From an uncultured Flavobacteriales bacterium (GTDB lineage: Bacteria > Bacteroidota > Bacteroidia > Flavobacteriales_D > CAJJDF01): a stretch of DNA of 64,000 nucleotides. The notes under the pieces were generated by a model, which was given only the letters and a program-made list of their open reading frames with translations, had not been told where the DNA came from and ran no database searches. Below, piece after piece: positions 50,980 to 60,443 of this stretch (positions within the stretch are counted from its first letter, which is position 1; each line of letters begins with the position of its first letter). The translations under genes were made by a program, and so were the position numbers. The stretch is from positions 4,754-68,753 of the forward strand of contig CAKZNB010000033.1 in the NCBI GenBank assembly GCA_937129365.1. Direction: 5' to 3'.

Positions 50980-51999
50980 TTGGTCAATATCGAATATAAT
51001 AAATCTATCACAGAGTATACAACTTTTGGAGTTCCAGTTTCCTCAAATTATTTTTTTGCATTTAGCTCTGTACAAGAGTTAAAAAGCGTTCTAGCTAATA
51101 ATTTAGTAAAAGATGAAAAGAAATTAATTTTGGGTGGAGGGAGCAATATGCTTTTCACTAAAAATTTTGACGGAATAGTTTTAAAAAATGAAATAAACGG
51201 GATTGAAATAATTAGTGAAAATAATGCAGAAGTAATACTGAAAGTTGGTGCAGGTGAAAATTGGCACGATTTTGTAATTTATTGTGTAGAAAAAGGATGG
51301 GGAGGAATAGAAAATTTATCTCTTATACCTGGAAGTGTAGGAGCAAGTCCAATGCAAAATATTGGAGCTTACGGAGTAGAAATTAAAGATGTTTTTGTAG
51401 AGCTTGAAGCTTTTAACTTAGAGACCAAAAAAATAGAAATTTTTGATAATACAACCTGCAAGTTTGGCTACAGAGAAAGTATCTTCAAAAACTCCCATAA
51501 GGACAAATACATCATTACATCTGTAACTTATAAATTAAGCAAAAATCCTGTTTTTAATACCTCTTATGGTGCTATAGAAAATCAACTTAATGAGATGGGG
51601 ATTTCAGAATTATCTGTAAAAGCAATAAGTGATGCTGTAATAGCTATAAGATCCTCTAAACTTCCGGACCCTAAAGAGATAGGGAATGCTGGAAGTTTTT
51701 TTAAAAATCCCATTATTACTAAAGAAAAATTTGAAAAATTGCAGGCTAAATTTTCTAACATAGCTAATTATCCTCAAGCTGATGGGACTGTAAAAATTGC
51801 TGCTGGTTGGCTAATTGATCAATTAGGGTGGAAGGGAAAAACCTATGACGGATATGGAGTGCATAAAAATCAAGCTTTAGTATTAGTAAATTATAGTAAA
51901 AGTAATGGAAAAGATATTTATGATTTATCTACAAATATTTTGAATTCGGTCAAAGAAAAGTATAATATTGAATTAGAAAGAGAAGTTAATATATACTGA
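50980..51999 (+). CDS. murB: UDP-N-acetylenolpyruvoylglucosamine reductase
   Basis: FAD-binding region ILGGGSNMLF and GIENLSLIPGSVGASPMQNIGAYG, plus FGYRESIFK and NAGSFFKNP. TTG start. Confidence 0.9.
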   Translation: MVNIEYNKSITEYTTFGVPVSSNYFFAFSSVQELKSVLANNLVKDEKKLILGGGSNMLFTKNFDGIVLKNEINGIEIISENNAEVILKVGAGENWHDFVIYCVEKGWGGIENLSLIPGSVGASPMQNIGAYGVEIKDVFVELEAFNLETKKIEIFDNTTCKFGYRESIFKNSHKDKYIITSVTYKLSKNPVFNTSYGAIENQLNEMGISELSVKAISDAVIAIRSSKLPDPKEIGNAGSFFKNPIITKEKFEKLQAKFSNIANYPQADGTVKIAAGWLIDQLGWKGKTYDGYGVHKNQALVLVNYSKSNGKDIYDLSTNILNSVKEKYNIELEREVNIY

Positions 52000-52020
52000 T
52001 TGTTATTTTATGGATTTTAT

Positions 52021-52049
52021 TTCATGAAAAAAATAGACTAATTCATGAA
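52021..52049 (+). promoter_or_regulatory. Bipartite TTCATGAAAAAAA-N8-TTCATGAAAAAAA motif (copy 3 of 5)
   Basis: Exact half-sites at 52021 and 52042, 21 bp apart, 88 bp upstream of the ATG at 52137. Confidence 0.5.
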
Positions 52050-52136
52050 AAAAATACCGCATTTCATTCTTACACTTATAGAAATAAGTAGTTAATATGT
52101 ATATTTATATAATATTTAAACACAAAAAATAAACAA

Positions 52137-53684
52137 ATGAAAAAAATACTATCCCTACTCATTCTAGTATTGTGTATGAGTTATTCGTCAAATGCCTCAC
52201 ACATTGTAGGAGGTGATACAAGATTTGAACAAACTGGAGCAAACTCATTCGATGTTAATGTTAGAATGTTTAGATTTTGTTCAGGTATTCCTTATCCTAA
52301 CTCTATCTCAATGAGAGTTTTTGATAATGTAACTAATGCTAGTGTTTCAACGATACCAATGGCGCAAGATTCATTTGAAGTACTTTCATTTGGAGATGAA
52401 TGTTATACTCCTCCAGGTTTATGTGTTGAGGTATACTATTATTCAGGCTCAGGAAACTTAGCAAATAATCCAAACGGATATTATTGTACCTATACTACAG
52501 GCGGAAGAAATGCTGGGTTAATAAATTTAGTAAGTGGTAGTAGTACTTGGACTTGTCAAATTCCGGATCCTGCTCTTACAGGAGGTAATGATAGTCCGAA
52601 ATTCGTAGATTATCCTTCCGATGGATATTTCTGTGTAGGATTTAATAAAATTATTGACTTTTCTTGTACTGATGCTGATGGCGATAGTTTAGTCTATTCA
52701 TTAGAACAACCTTATAATACCCCTACTGGACCAGGTGGAGCAAGGCCTATTGGTCTAGCTACTTACAAAGCAGGATTTAACTTGGCAAATATTCTTGGAC
52801 CTGGAAGTTCATGTACTATTGATCCAGCAACAGGGTTTGTATCTGCTCGTCCTGCACAATTAGGAATTTATGTAGTAGCCGTAAAATGTGTGGAGTATAG
52901 AAATGGAGTAAAAATCGGTGAGGTTTTTAGAGATATTCAATATGCAGCCCTAAACTGTACTTTTAATATATTACCAACTTTTAAAAATTTCCCAACTCAA
53001 CAAGAATTTTCTTTTGATGACGAAGGTTGTTTTGATATTGTAGCAACGGATCAAAATGCAGGAGATACATTCTTTATTGAAGTAAAATCAAATGCTTATG
53101 ATTTTGGTGCAATAGCTACTTTGCCTACACCAAATACATCAGGAACTTATGACTTTAAATGGAAAGATGCTACAACTGGTGCAACTGATACAGTAAATAA
53201 TGTGCAAGTAAGAAAATTAACAGCAACAACTTTTGAAGGAGTTGGAACTGTTGGAGTTAAATTTTGTTGGGACTTAGATAATTGTGAATTATTATCAGTA
53301 GATAGTTTTTACTTAGAAGCCTTAGGTTATTCACTTGGATGTGACGGAAGTAAGGATACAGTTAGTAAAAGAATATCAATACCCGTTAAGAAAGCAACAT
53401 ACGATTATAATATACCTAACGTATTCTCTCCTAATGGAGATGGAGTTAATGACGAGTTTTACCTTAAGAAAGATGCTTTTGACCGTTGTTATGATGCACT
53501 AAACATTAGAGTGTATAACAGATGGGGACAAAAAGTATACGAATCTGACGATGCTAAATTCTCTTGGAATGGTAGAGATGATTCAGGAAATGAATTATCA
53601 GAAGGAACATATTATGTTGTAATTCAAGGTTTTTATGGAGGTAAGGAAGTAACACAAAACTATCCATTGACTTTGTTTAGATAA
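52137..53684 (+). CDS. T9SS type-B sorting-domain protein, tandem paralogue 1
   Basis: Signal peptide, then SHIVGGD. Conserved FGDECYTPPGLCV, PDPALTGGN, DADGDSLVY and EYRNGVKIGE. The C-terminus has PNVFSPNGDGVNDEF...YNRWGQKVYES...WNGRDDSGNELSEGTYY. Confidence 0.85.
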   Translation: MKKILSLLILVLCMSYSSNASHIVGGDTRFEQTGANSFDVNVRMFRFCSGIPYPNSISMRVFDNVTNASVSTIPMAQDSFEVLSFGDECYTPPGLCVEVYYYSGSGNLANNPNGYYCTYTTGGRNAGLINLVSGSSTWTCQIPDPALTGGNDSPKFVDYPSDGYFCVGFNKIIDFSCTDADGDSLVYSLEQPYNTPTGPGGARPIGLATYKAGFNLANILGPGSSCTIDPATGFVSARPAQLGIYVVAVKCVEYRNGVKIGEVFRDIQYAALNCTFNILPTFKNFPTQQEFSFDDEGCFDIVATDQNAGDTFFIEVKSNAYDFGAIATLPTPNTSGTYDFKWKDATTGATDTVNNVQVRKLTATTFEGVGTVGVKFCWDLDNCELLSVDSFYLEALGYSLGCDGSKDTVSKRISIPVKKATYDYNIPNVFSPNGDGVNDEFYLKKDAFDRCYDALNIRVYNRWGQKVYESDDAKFSWNGRDDSGNELSEGTYYVVIQGFYGGKEVTQNYPLTLFR

Positions 53685-53705
53685 ACCTAAAATAAACTAA
53701 TATTG

Positions 53706-53741
53706 AAAAAACTCTCATTTGTTTAAATGAGAGTTTTTTTT
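53706..53741 (+). terminator. Rho-independent terminator of paralogue 1
   Basis: ACTCTCATTT ... AAATGAGAGT stem followed by T8. Confidence 0.7.
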
Positions 53742-53743
53742 AT

Positions 53744-53772
53744 TTCATGAAAAAAAATACTAGTTTCATGAA
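53744..53772 (+). promoter_or_regulatory. Bipartite TTCATGAAAAAAAA-N-TTCATGAA motif (copy 4 of 5)
   Basis: Exact half-sites at 53744 and 53765, 21 bp apart, 68 bp upstream of the ATG at 53840. Confidence 0.5.
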
Positions 53773-53839
53773 GTCAATAAAAATTTATACTTTTATAATT
53801 GTACTTTAGCATTATAATAAACCCATAATCATAACAATC

Positions 53840-55375
53840 ATGAAAAAAATACTTTTAATACTTATAGTCCTTGCAGGATTTTCATTTAATGCAAAATCTT
53901 CGCATGCAGTTGGTGGAGACATCCACTTTCAACAAACTGGACCAAATTCTTATATAGTTACAATGCGTTTATTTAGGTATTGTACAGGTGCAGGTTTAGG
54001 GGCAACATACACAATTAGATTAGCAGACCAAGTAACTTGTGCGTCAGCAGCTAATGTAACAGTAAATAGAACAGGTCAAATAAATATTCCTTTTGGTGAT
54101 GAATGTTATACTCCACCAGGATTATGTGTTCAAGAACATACGTACAGAGGAACAATAGCTTCCTTGCCAAATAATCCAAATGGATATAAAGCCACTTGGT
54201 CATTATGTTGTAGAAATGCAATTGACAATATGGTTTCAAGTAGCTTAGGACTATATACAAACCTACCAGATCCTGCTTTAACTGGAGGGAATAGCACACC
54301 AAAATTTGTTGATTACCCAAGAGATGGTTATTTTTGTATCAATGAATTAAAATGTATTGATTTTTCTGCTTCAGATACAAATGGTGATAGTTTGGTTTAT
54401 ACATTAGTAAATCCAATTAATACTTTCACAGGATGTACACCAAATTTATTAGGATTCCAGCCAAGTTTTAATATGGCAAATATATTAGGGCCAGGAAGTT
54501 CATGTACAATTGATTCAAGAACTGGATGTGTATGGGCAAGACCTGCACAATTAGGTATTTATGTGATATCTGTAAGGATAGATGAATACCGAAATGGAGT
54601 TAAAATAGGGGAGACAGTAAGAGATATTCAATATTCAGCACTTAATTGTAATACCAATGAGTTGCCAGATTATTATAACTTTAAGGATATTCAAGTATTA
54701 CAATTTGATAAAGATGGGTGTTTTGATGTAGCAGCTTTTGATAGAGATCCAGAAGATACATTCTTTATTGATGTAGTATCAAATGCATTTGATTTTGGAG
54801 CAATAGCAACTTTGCCTCCTGCAAATACCTCTGGTACTTATAATTTCTCTTGGACGAATTCAATAACAGGAGGAACTGATACTATTAACAATGTGAACAT
54901 GAAAAAACTTACTGCAACTAAATTTGAAGGTGTAGGAAGAATTGGTGTACGTTTTTGTTGGACACCAGACCAATGTGATATTTTAGCTATCGATACTTTT
55001 GACCTTACTATGTATGGGTACTCCTTAGGGTGTGATGGTTCAGTTGATTCTATTGAAAACAATACGAAAATTGTAATTGATAAGCCACAGAGTAGTTATG
55101 TTGTACCAAACGTATTCTCACCAAATGAGGATGGAATTAATGATGAGTACAAATTAGAGCAAGGAGCTTTTGATAGATGTTTGGATAATTTAACTGTAAA
55201 AATTTATAACAGATGGGGGCAGAAGGTATTTGAATCTGATAATGCTCAATTCAAATGGAATGGTAGAGACGATAGTGGTAATGAACTTTCAGAAGGAACC
55301 TATTTTGTAATTCTACAGGGATTCTATGGAGGAAAAGAAGTGACTGAAAACTTCCCAGTTACGTTGTTTAGATAA
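53840..55375 (+). CDS. T9SS type-B sorting-domain protein, tandem paralogue 2
   Basis: Same architecture as paralogue 1 (SHAVGGD, FGDECYTPPGLCV, type-B CTD). Confidence 0.85.
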   Translation: MKKILLILIVLAGFSFNAKSSHAVGGDIHFQQTGPNSYIVTMRLFRYCTGAGLGATYTIRLADQVTCASAANVTVNRTGQINIPFGDECYTPPGLCVQEHTYRGTIASLPNNPNGYKATWSLCCRNAIDNMVSSSLGLYTNLPDPALTGGNSTPKFVDYPRDGYFCINELKCIDFSASDTNGDSLVYTLVNPINTFTGCTPNLLGFQPSFNMANILGPGSSCTIDSRTGCVWARPAQLGIYVISVRIDEYRNGVKIGETVRDIQYSALNCNTNELPDYYNFKDIQVLQFDKDGCFDVAAFDRDPEDTFFIDVVSNAFDFGAIATLPPANTSGTYNFSWTNSITGGTDTINNVNMKKLTATKFEGVGRIGVRFCWTPDQCDILAIDTFDLTMYGYSLGCDGSVDSIENNTKIVIDKPQSSYVVPNVFSPNEDGINDEYKLEQGAFDRCLDNLTVKIYNRWGQKVFESDNAQFKWNGRDDSGNELSEGTYFVILQGFYGGKEVTENFPVTLFR

Positions 55376-55396
55376 CATAAATTTCAATTAACTTTT

Positions 55397-55434
55397 AAAA
55401 ATCTCTCTTGATTATTCAGGAGAGATTTTTTTTT
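55397..55434 (+). terminator. Rho-independent terminator of paralogue 2
   Basis: ATCTCTC ... GAGAGAT stem followed by T9. Confidence 0.65.
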
Positions 55435-55443
55435 GAAAAGTAC

Positions 55444-55472
55444 TTTATGAAAAAAATAAACCCATTCATGAA
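55444..55472 (+). promoter_or_regulatory. Bipartite TTTATGAAAAAAA-N8-TTCATGAAAA motif (copy 5 of 5)
   Basis: Half-sites at 55444 and 55465, 21 bp apart, 108 bp upstream of the ATG at 55580. Confidence 0.5.
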
Positions 55473-55579
55473 AATCAATTTCCCAATAATAAAAAAAACA
55501 TAACAGCCCGTAAACTCTCTCGATATTAGTTAGTTATAAGGATTAGTTTAGTACTGTATTAATCTAAAAACTAATTATT

Positions 55580-57121
55580 ATGAAAAACTTTTTTTTAGTA
55601 TGCTTAATCCTAATAGGATTTTCATACACAGCAAAATCCTCTCACGCAGTAGGAGGAGATATACAATTTATGCAAACAGGCTCTAACTCTTACGATGTTA
55701 GAATGACCTTATTCAGGTTTTGTTCAGGAATAAATTACAGCAATTCTTATTCAATAAGATTAGCCAATCAATCAGGTTGCACATTTGCCCAAAATGTCTC
55801 TGTTAATTTGGATTCTATTTTTAATATTCCATTTGGAGATGAATGTTACACTCCGCCAGGACTTTGTGTTCAGCAGTACGAATATTCTGGTACAATTACT
55901 TCATTGCCAAATAACCCTGCCGGATATATAGGAACAATATCAATCAGTGCAAGAAACTCAGGACTAATAAATATTGGTTCCTCTAGCATGGGATTGTATA
56001 CAAAAATACCAGATCCAGCTTTAGCAGGTGGCAATAGTACTCCCCGTTTTGTTGACTATCCAAGAGATGGCTATTTTTGTGTTAACAATGAAAAATGCAT
56101 TGATTTTTCAGCAACAGATCCCGATGGCGATAGTTTGGTTTATAACCTCGTTAATCCAATAGCTTCTTTCACAGCTAGCTGTGGTTATAATTACAGTCCA
56201 TGGAATCCAACATTTAATTTAGCTAATTATTTAGGATCAGGAAGTAGATGTATTATAGACTCAAAAACGGGATGTGTTATGGCGCTTCCAAGAAGGTTAG
56301 GGAAATATGTTATTTCCGTAAGAGTGGATGAATATAGAAATGGAGTTAAAATAGGCGAAACTGTAAGAGATTTACAATATGAAGCACTGAATTGCAGCTT
56401 TAATACTCTTCCAGAATTTTATGAAACGGAAGAAGTTAAAACTCTAAAATTTGATCAAAATGGATGTTTTGATTTGGCAGCATTTGATAATAATACAGGC
56501 GACACTTTTTATATTGATGTAATCTCTGATGCATTTAATTATGGAGCCATAGCTACTTTGCCAAATAAAAATGCTAATAGCAAATATGATTTTAGTTGGA
56601 AAAATGCAACAACTGGAACAACTCAAACTATAACAGATGTAGAAGTTAAGAAATTGACAGCTACTAAATTTGAAGGTGTAGGGAAAGTAGGGATTAGATT
56701 TTGTTGGACTCCAGACCAATGCGAAATATTAGCAACAGATACTTTTAATTTAACTATGCATGGCTATTCATTAGGGTGCGATGGATCAGTTGATTCAGTG
56801 GAAAAAGTTACCAAAATAGTAATTGATAAACCACAAAGTAGTTATTTAGTTCCTAATGTTTTTTCGCCTAATGAAGATGGAATAAATGACATATACAGAC
56901 TTGAGCAAGGTGCATTTGATAGATGTTTAGATAATTTAACTGTAAAAATATATAACAGATGGGGACAACAAGTATTTGAATCTGATGATGCTCAATTCAA
57001 ATGGAATGGTAGAGATGAAAGTGGAGATGAATTATCTGAAGGAACCTATTTTGTAATTCTACAGGGATTCTATGGAGGAAAAGAAGTGACTGAAAACTTC
57101 CCAGTGACTCTGTTTAGATAG
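55580..57121 (+). CDS. T9SS type-B sorting-domain protein, tandem paralogue 3
   Basis: Same architecture as the other two. The 3' part is nearly identical in DNA to paralogue 2. Confidence 0.85.
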   Translation: MKNFFLVCLILIGFSYTAKSSHAVGGDIQFMQTGSNSYDVRMTLFRFCSGINYSNSYSIRLANQSGCTFAQNVSVNLDSIFNIPFGDECYTPPGLCVQQYEYSGTITSLPNNPAGYIGTISISARNSGLINIGSSSMGLYTKIPDPALAGGNSTPRFVDYPRDGYFCVNNEKCIDFSATDPDGDSLVYNLVNPIASFTASCGYNYSPWNPTFNLANYLGSGSRCIIDSKTGCVMALPRRLGKYVISVRVDEYRNGVKIGETVRDLQYEALNCSFNTLPEFYETEEVKTLKFDQNGCFDLAAFDNNTGDTFYIDVISDAFNYGAIATLPNKNANSKYDFSWKNATTGTTQTITDVEVKKLTATKFEGVGKVGIRFCWTPDQCEILATDTFNLTMHGYSLGCDGSVDSVEKVTKIVIDKPQSSYLVPNVFSPNEDGINDIYRLEQGAFDRCLDNLTVKIYNRWGQQVFESDDAQFKWNGRDESGDELSEGTYFVILQGFYGGKEVTENFPVTLFR

Positions 57122-57144
57122 TTTGTATTGCTAAAAATTATAAG

Positions 57145-57178
57145 AAACTCCCAGTATTTAGTTGTTGGGAGTTTTTTT
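57145..57178 (+). terminator. Rho-independent terminator of paralogue 3
   Basis: AACTCCCA ... TGGGAGTT stem followed by T7. Confidence 0.65.
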
Positions 57179-57223
57179 ATTAAATCTATTGAAAGTAACC
57201 TCTCCATTTTCCTATACAAATTG

Positions 57224-57231
57224 TATCTTTG
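57224..57231 (+). promoter_or_regulatory. Candidate -7 promoter box (TAnnTTTG) for argS
   Basis: TATCTTTG lies 25 nt upstream of the ATG at 57256. Confidence 0.4.
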
Positions 57232-57255
57232 TGGTTCTAAAAACAAAGAAATTCT

Positions 57256-59013
57256 ATGCAAGAGCAAATAGGAAATAAACTCAAGGAATTATTCCCTGAA
57301 ATTACTGATAATCTTATCCAAGTTCAGAAAACAAGAGCTGAATTTGAAGGGGATGTTACGTTAGTAGTATTTCCATTATTGAGGATTACCAAAAAGAACC
57401 CAGAAGAATCTGGGAAAATGATTGGTGAGTTTTTGACTCAAGAAATTGATTTTGTAAAAGGTTTTAATGTGGTAAAAGGTTTTTTGAACTTAGAAATATT
57501 TTCAGCCTATTGGTTAGGAGAATTTCAACGAATTTTGGCAGATGAAAATTACGGTCAACTACCCGCAACCGATAAAACTTATATTGTAGAATATTCTTCG
57601 CCAAACACCAATAAACCCTTACACCTTGGGCATTTGAGAAATATATTCTTGGGATACTCAGTAGCTAATATTTTGAAAGCCAACGGACATGATGTGGTGA
57701 AAACTCAAATCATTAATGATAGAGGAATTCATATTTGTAAATCTATGTTGGCTTGGCAGAAGTTTGGAAATGGTGAAACTCCAGAGACTTCTGGATTGAA
57801 AGGAGATAAGCTTGTTGGGAAATATTATGTAGCTTTTGACAAAGAATATAAAAAGCAAATTGCTGAACTCGTTGAAAGTGGAACAGACAAAGAAACCGCA
57901 GAAAGACAAGCACCATTTTTATTAGAAGCCCAAGAAATGCTCCAAAAATGGGAGCAAGGAGATACTGAAGTTGTAAAGCTCTGGGAAATTATGAACTCTT
58001 GGGTGTATGCAGGGTTTGATGTGACTTACAACACAATGGGAGTTGATTTCGATTCTTTGTATTTCGAAAGTGATACGTATATTCTAGGAAAAGATATTGT
58101 GGAAGAAGGATTGTCAAAAGGATTGTTGTATAAAAAAGAAGATAATTCTGTTTGGTGCGATTTATCTTCAGAGAAAATGGATGACAAATTGCTGTTGAGA
58201 GGAGATGGAACTTCGGTGTATATGACTCAAGATGTGGGAACTGCAGTAAAACGATTTGAAGATTACCCAAAAACTGTTGGGATGATTTATACAGTTGGAA
58301 ATGAGCAAGAACATCATTTCAAAGTATTGTTTACTATCCTGAAAAAACTGGGGTATCCTTTTGCTGATGAGTGTTTTCATTTGTCTTACGGAATGGTGAA
58401 TTTACCAACAGGTAAAATGAAATCGAGAGAAGGAACTGTGGTAGATGCTGATGATTTGATGGCGGAAGTAATCAATGATGCGAAAGCAATTACTGAGGAA
58501 AGAGGGCACATTGAAAGTTTAAATGCGAAGCAAGTAGAAAAACTCTACGAACAAATAGGATTGGGAGGATTAAAATATTATTTATTAAAAGTAGATCCTA
58601 AAAAATCCATGATGTTCAACCCAGAGGAATCTATTGATTTGAATGGAAATACAGGACCTTTTATTCAATATACATTTGCACGAACGCAATCTATTTTGAA
58701 CAAAGAAAAAGGAGATACTAAAACTGTAAACACAACTGCAGAAGTTGAGTCAGTTGAATTGGATATTGTAAAGCATTTGGTGGATTTACCAGATATGATA
58801 AAAGAAGCAGGTAAAAACTACAGTCCTGCTTTGGTTGCTAACTACACTTATGAATTGGTTAAGTTGTATAACTCATTCTATCAGTCGGTTTCCATATTCA
58901 AAGAAGAAGACAAAGAAAAACAAAATATACGCTTGCTATTAACTGAAAAAGTTGCTGAAATAGTTGAGTTTACAATGAGTTTATTAGGAATTGAGGTTCC
59001 TTCTAAGATGTAG
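57256..59013 (+). CDS. argS: Arginine--tRNA ligase
   Basis: Class I HIGH variant PNTNKPLHLGHLRN, the KMSKS-like region GKMKSREG, and a C-terminal anticodon-binding DALR domain ending in M. Confidence 0.93.
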   Translation: MQEQIGNKLKELFPEITDNLIQVQKTRAEFEGDVTLVVFPLLRITKKNPEESGKMIGEFLTQEIDFVKGFNVVKGFLNLEIFSAYWLGEFQRILADENYGQLPATDKTYIVEYSSPNTNKPLHLGHLRNIFLGYSVANILKANGHDVVKTQIINDRGIHICKSMLAWQKFGNGETPETSGLKGDKLVGKYYVAFDKEYKKQIAELVESGTDKETAERQAPFLLEAQEMLQKWEQGDTEVVKLWEIMNSWVYAGFDVTYNTMGVDFDSLYFESDTYILGKDIVEEGLSKGLLYKKEDNSVWCDLSSEKMDDKLLLRGDGTSVYMTQDVGTAVKRFEDYPKTVGMIYTVGNEQEHHFKVLFTILKKLGYPFADECFHLSYGMVNLPTGKMKSREGTVVDADDLMAEVINDAKAITEERGHIESLNAKQVEKLYEQIGLGGLKYYLLKVDPKKSMMFNPEESIDLNGNTGPFIQYTFARTQSILNKEKGDTKTVNTTAEVESVELDIVKHLVDLPDMIKEAGKNYSPALVANYTYELVKLYNSFYQSVSIFKEEDKEKQNIRLLLTEKVAEIVEFTMSLLGIEVPSKM

Positions 59014-59022
59014 TAAGTATCA

Positions 59023-59030
59023 TTATATTT
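59023..59030 (+). promoter_or_regulatory. Candidate -7 promoter box (TAnnTTTG) for ffh
   Basis: TATATTTG lies 42 nt upstream of the ATG at 59072. Confidence 0.35.
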
Positions 59031-59071
59031 GTATAAGAGATAATTAATTTAGAAAAAGTAAAGAAAAAAAC

Positions 59072-60415
59072 ATGTTTGATAATTTATCCGATAAGTTAGA
59101 AAGAGCCTTTAAAGTATTAAAAGGGCAGGGGCAGATTACAGAAATTAATGTTGCCGAAACGGTAAAAGAAATCCGTAGAGCATTGGTTGATGCTGATGTA
59201 AATTACAAAACAGCAAAGGAATTTACCAATACCATTAAGGAAAAAGCTCTTGGAGCTAATGTATTAAAATCTATTTCTCCAGGGCAGTTGATGATTAAAA
59301 TCACCAATGAAGAACTTACCAAATTAATGGGAAGTGAAAATGAGGCATTAGATGTTTCAGGAAAGCCAGGTATCATTTTGATGGCAGGTTTGCAGGGTTC
59401 TGGTAAAACAACTCATTCTGGGAAATTAGCTAAATTTTTAACTGATAAGAAAAAGAAAAAAGTATTGTTGGTAGCTTGTGATGTGTATCGTCCTGCTGCA
59501 ATTGACCAATTACATGTATTGGGAGACCAATTAGGTATTGAAGTTTATTCCAATAAAGAAGAGAAAAATCCGGTAAAAATTGCTGAAGCAGCAATTGCAC
59601 ATGCAAAAACTGGAGGTTTCAATACCATTATTGTCGATACAGCTGGGCGTTTAGCTGTGGATGAAAAAATGATGGGTGAGATTGAGGATATCAAAAAAGC
59701 AATTAATCCTCAGGAGATATTGTTTGTGGTGGATGCTATGACAGGTCAAGATGCTGTAAATACAGCAAAGACTTTTAATGAAAGATTAGATTTTACAGGT
59801 GTTATCCTTACTAAATTAGATGGGGATACGAGAGGTGGAGCTGCAATTTCGATTAAAGCTGTGGTGAACAAACCAATTAAATTTATTGGTACTGGGGAGA
59901 AAATGGATGCATTGGATGTCTTTCACCCAAGTAGAATGGCTGATAGAATCCTTGGAATGGGAGATGTTGTGTCTTTAGTAGAAAAAGTTCAACAACAGTT
60001 TGATGAAGAAGAAGCAAAAAAGCTTCAGGCCAAGATTGCCAAAAACAAATTTGATTTCAATGATTTTCTTGGTCAGTTACAGCAGATAAAGAAGATGGGA
60101 AATGTAAAAGATTTAATGGGAATGATTCCTGGAGTTGGTAAACAAATAAAAGACGCAGATATTGATGAAGATGCGTTTAAGGGAGTGGAAGCCATTATTT
60201 TATCTATGACTCCACACGAAAGAGAAAACCCATCGGTACTTAACGGAACGAGAAAGCAAAGATTGGCAAAAGGAAGTGGACAAAGCATACAAGAAGTAAA
60301 CAAATTGCTAAAACAGTTTAAGGATACAAGCAAGATGATGCAGATGATGAATAATAAAAAAGGGATGATGGGAATGATGAAGCAAATGAAACAAATGCAG
60401 AGAGGGAAAATGTAG
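59072..60415 (+). CDS. ffh: Signal recognition particle protein Ffh
   Basis: NG domain GLQGSGKTT, DTAGR and TKLDGDTRGGAA, with a Met-rich M domain. Confidence 0.95.
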   Translation: MFDNLSDKLERAFKVLKGQGQITEINVAETVKEIRRALVDADVNYKTAKEFTNTIKEKALGANVLKSISPGQLMIKITNEELTKLMGSENEALDVSGKPGIILMAGLQGSGKTTHSGKLAKFLTDKKKKKVLLVACDVYRPAAIDQLHVLGDQLGIEVYSNKEEKNPVKIAEAAIAHAKTGGFNTIIVDTAGRLAVDEKMMGEIEDIKKAINPQEILFVVDAMTGQDAVNTAKTFNERLDFTGVILTKLDGDTRGGAAISIKAVVNKPIKFIGTGEKMDALDVFHPSRMADRILGMGDVVSLVEKVQQQFDEEEAKKLQAKIAKNKFDFNDFLGQLQQIKKMGNVKDLMGMIPGVGKQIKDADIDEDAFKGVEAIILSMTPHERENPSVLNGTRKQRLAKGSGQSIQEVNKLLKQFKDTSKMMQMMNNKKGMMGMMKQMKQMQRGKM

Positions 60416-60443
60416 TATTAACATTACTAATTACTAAGAAAAT

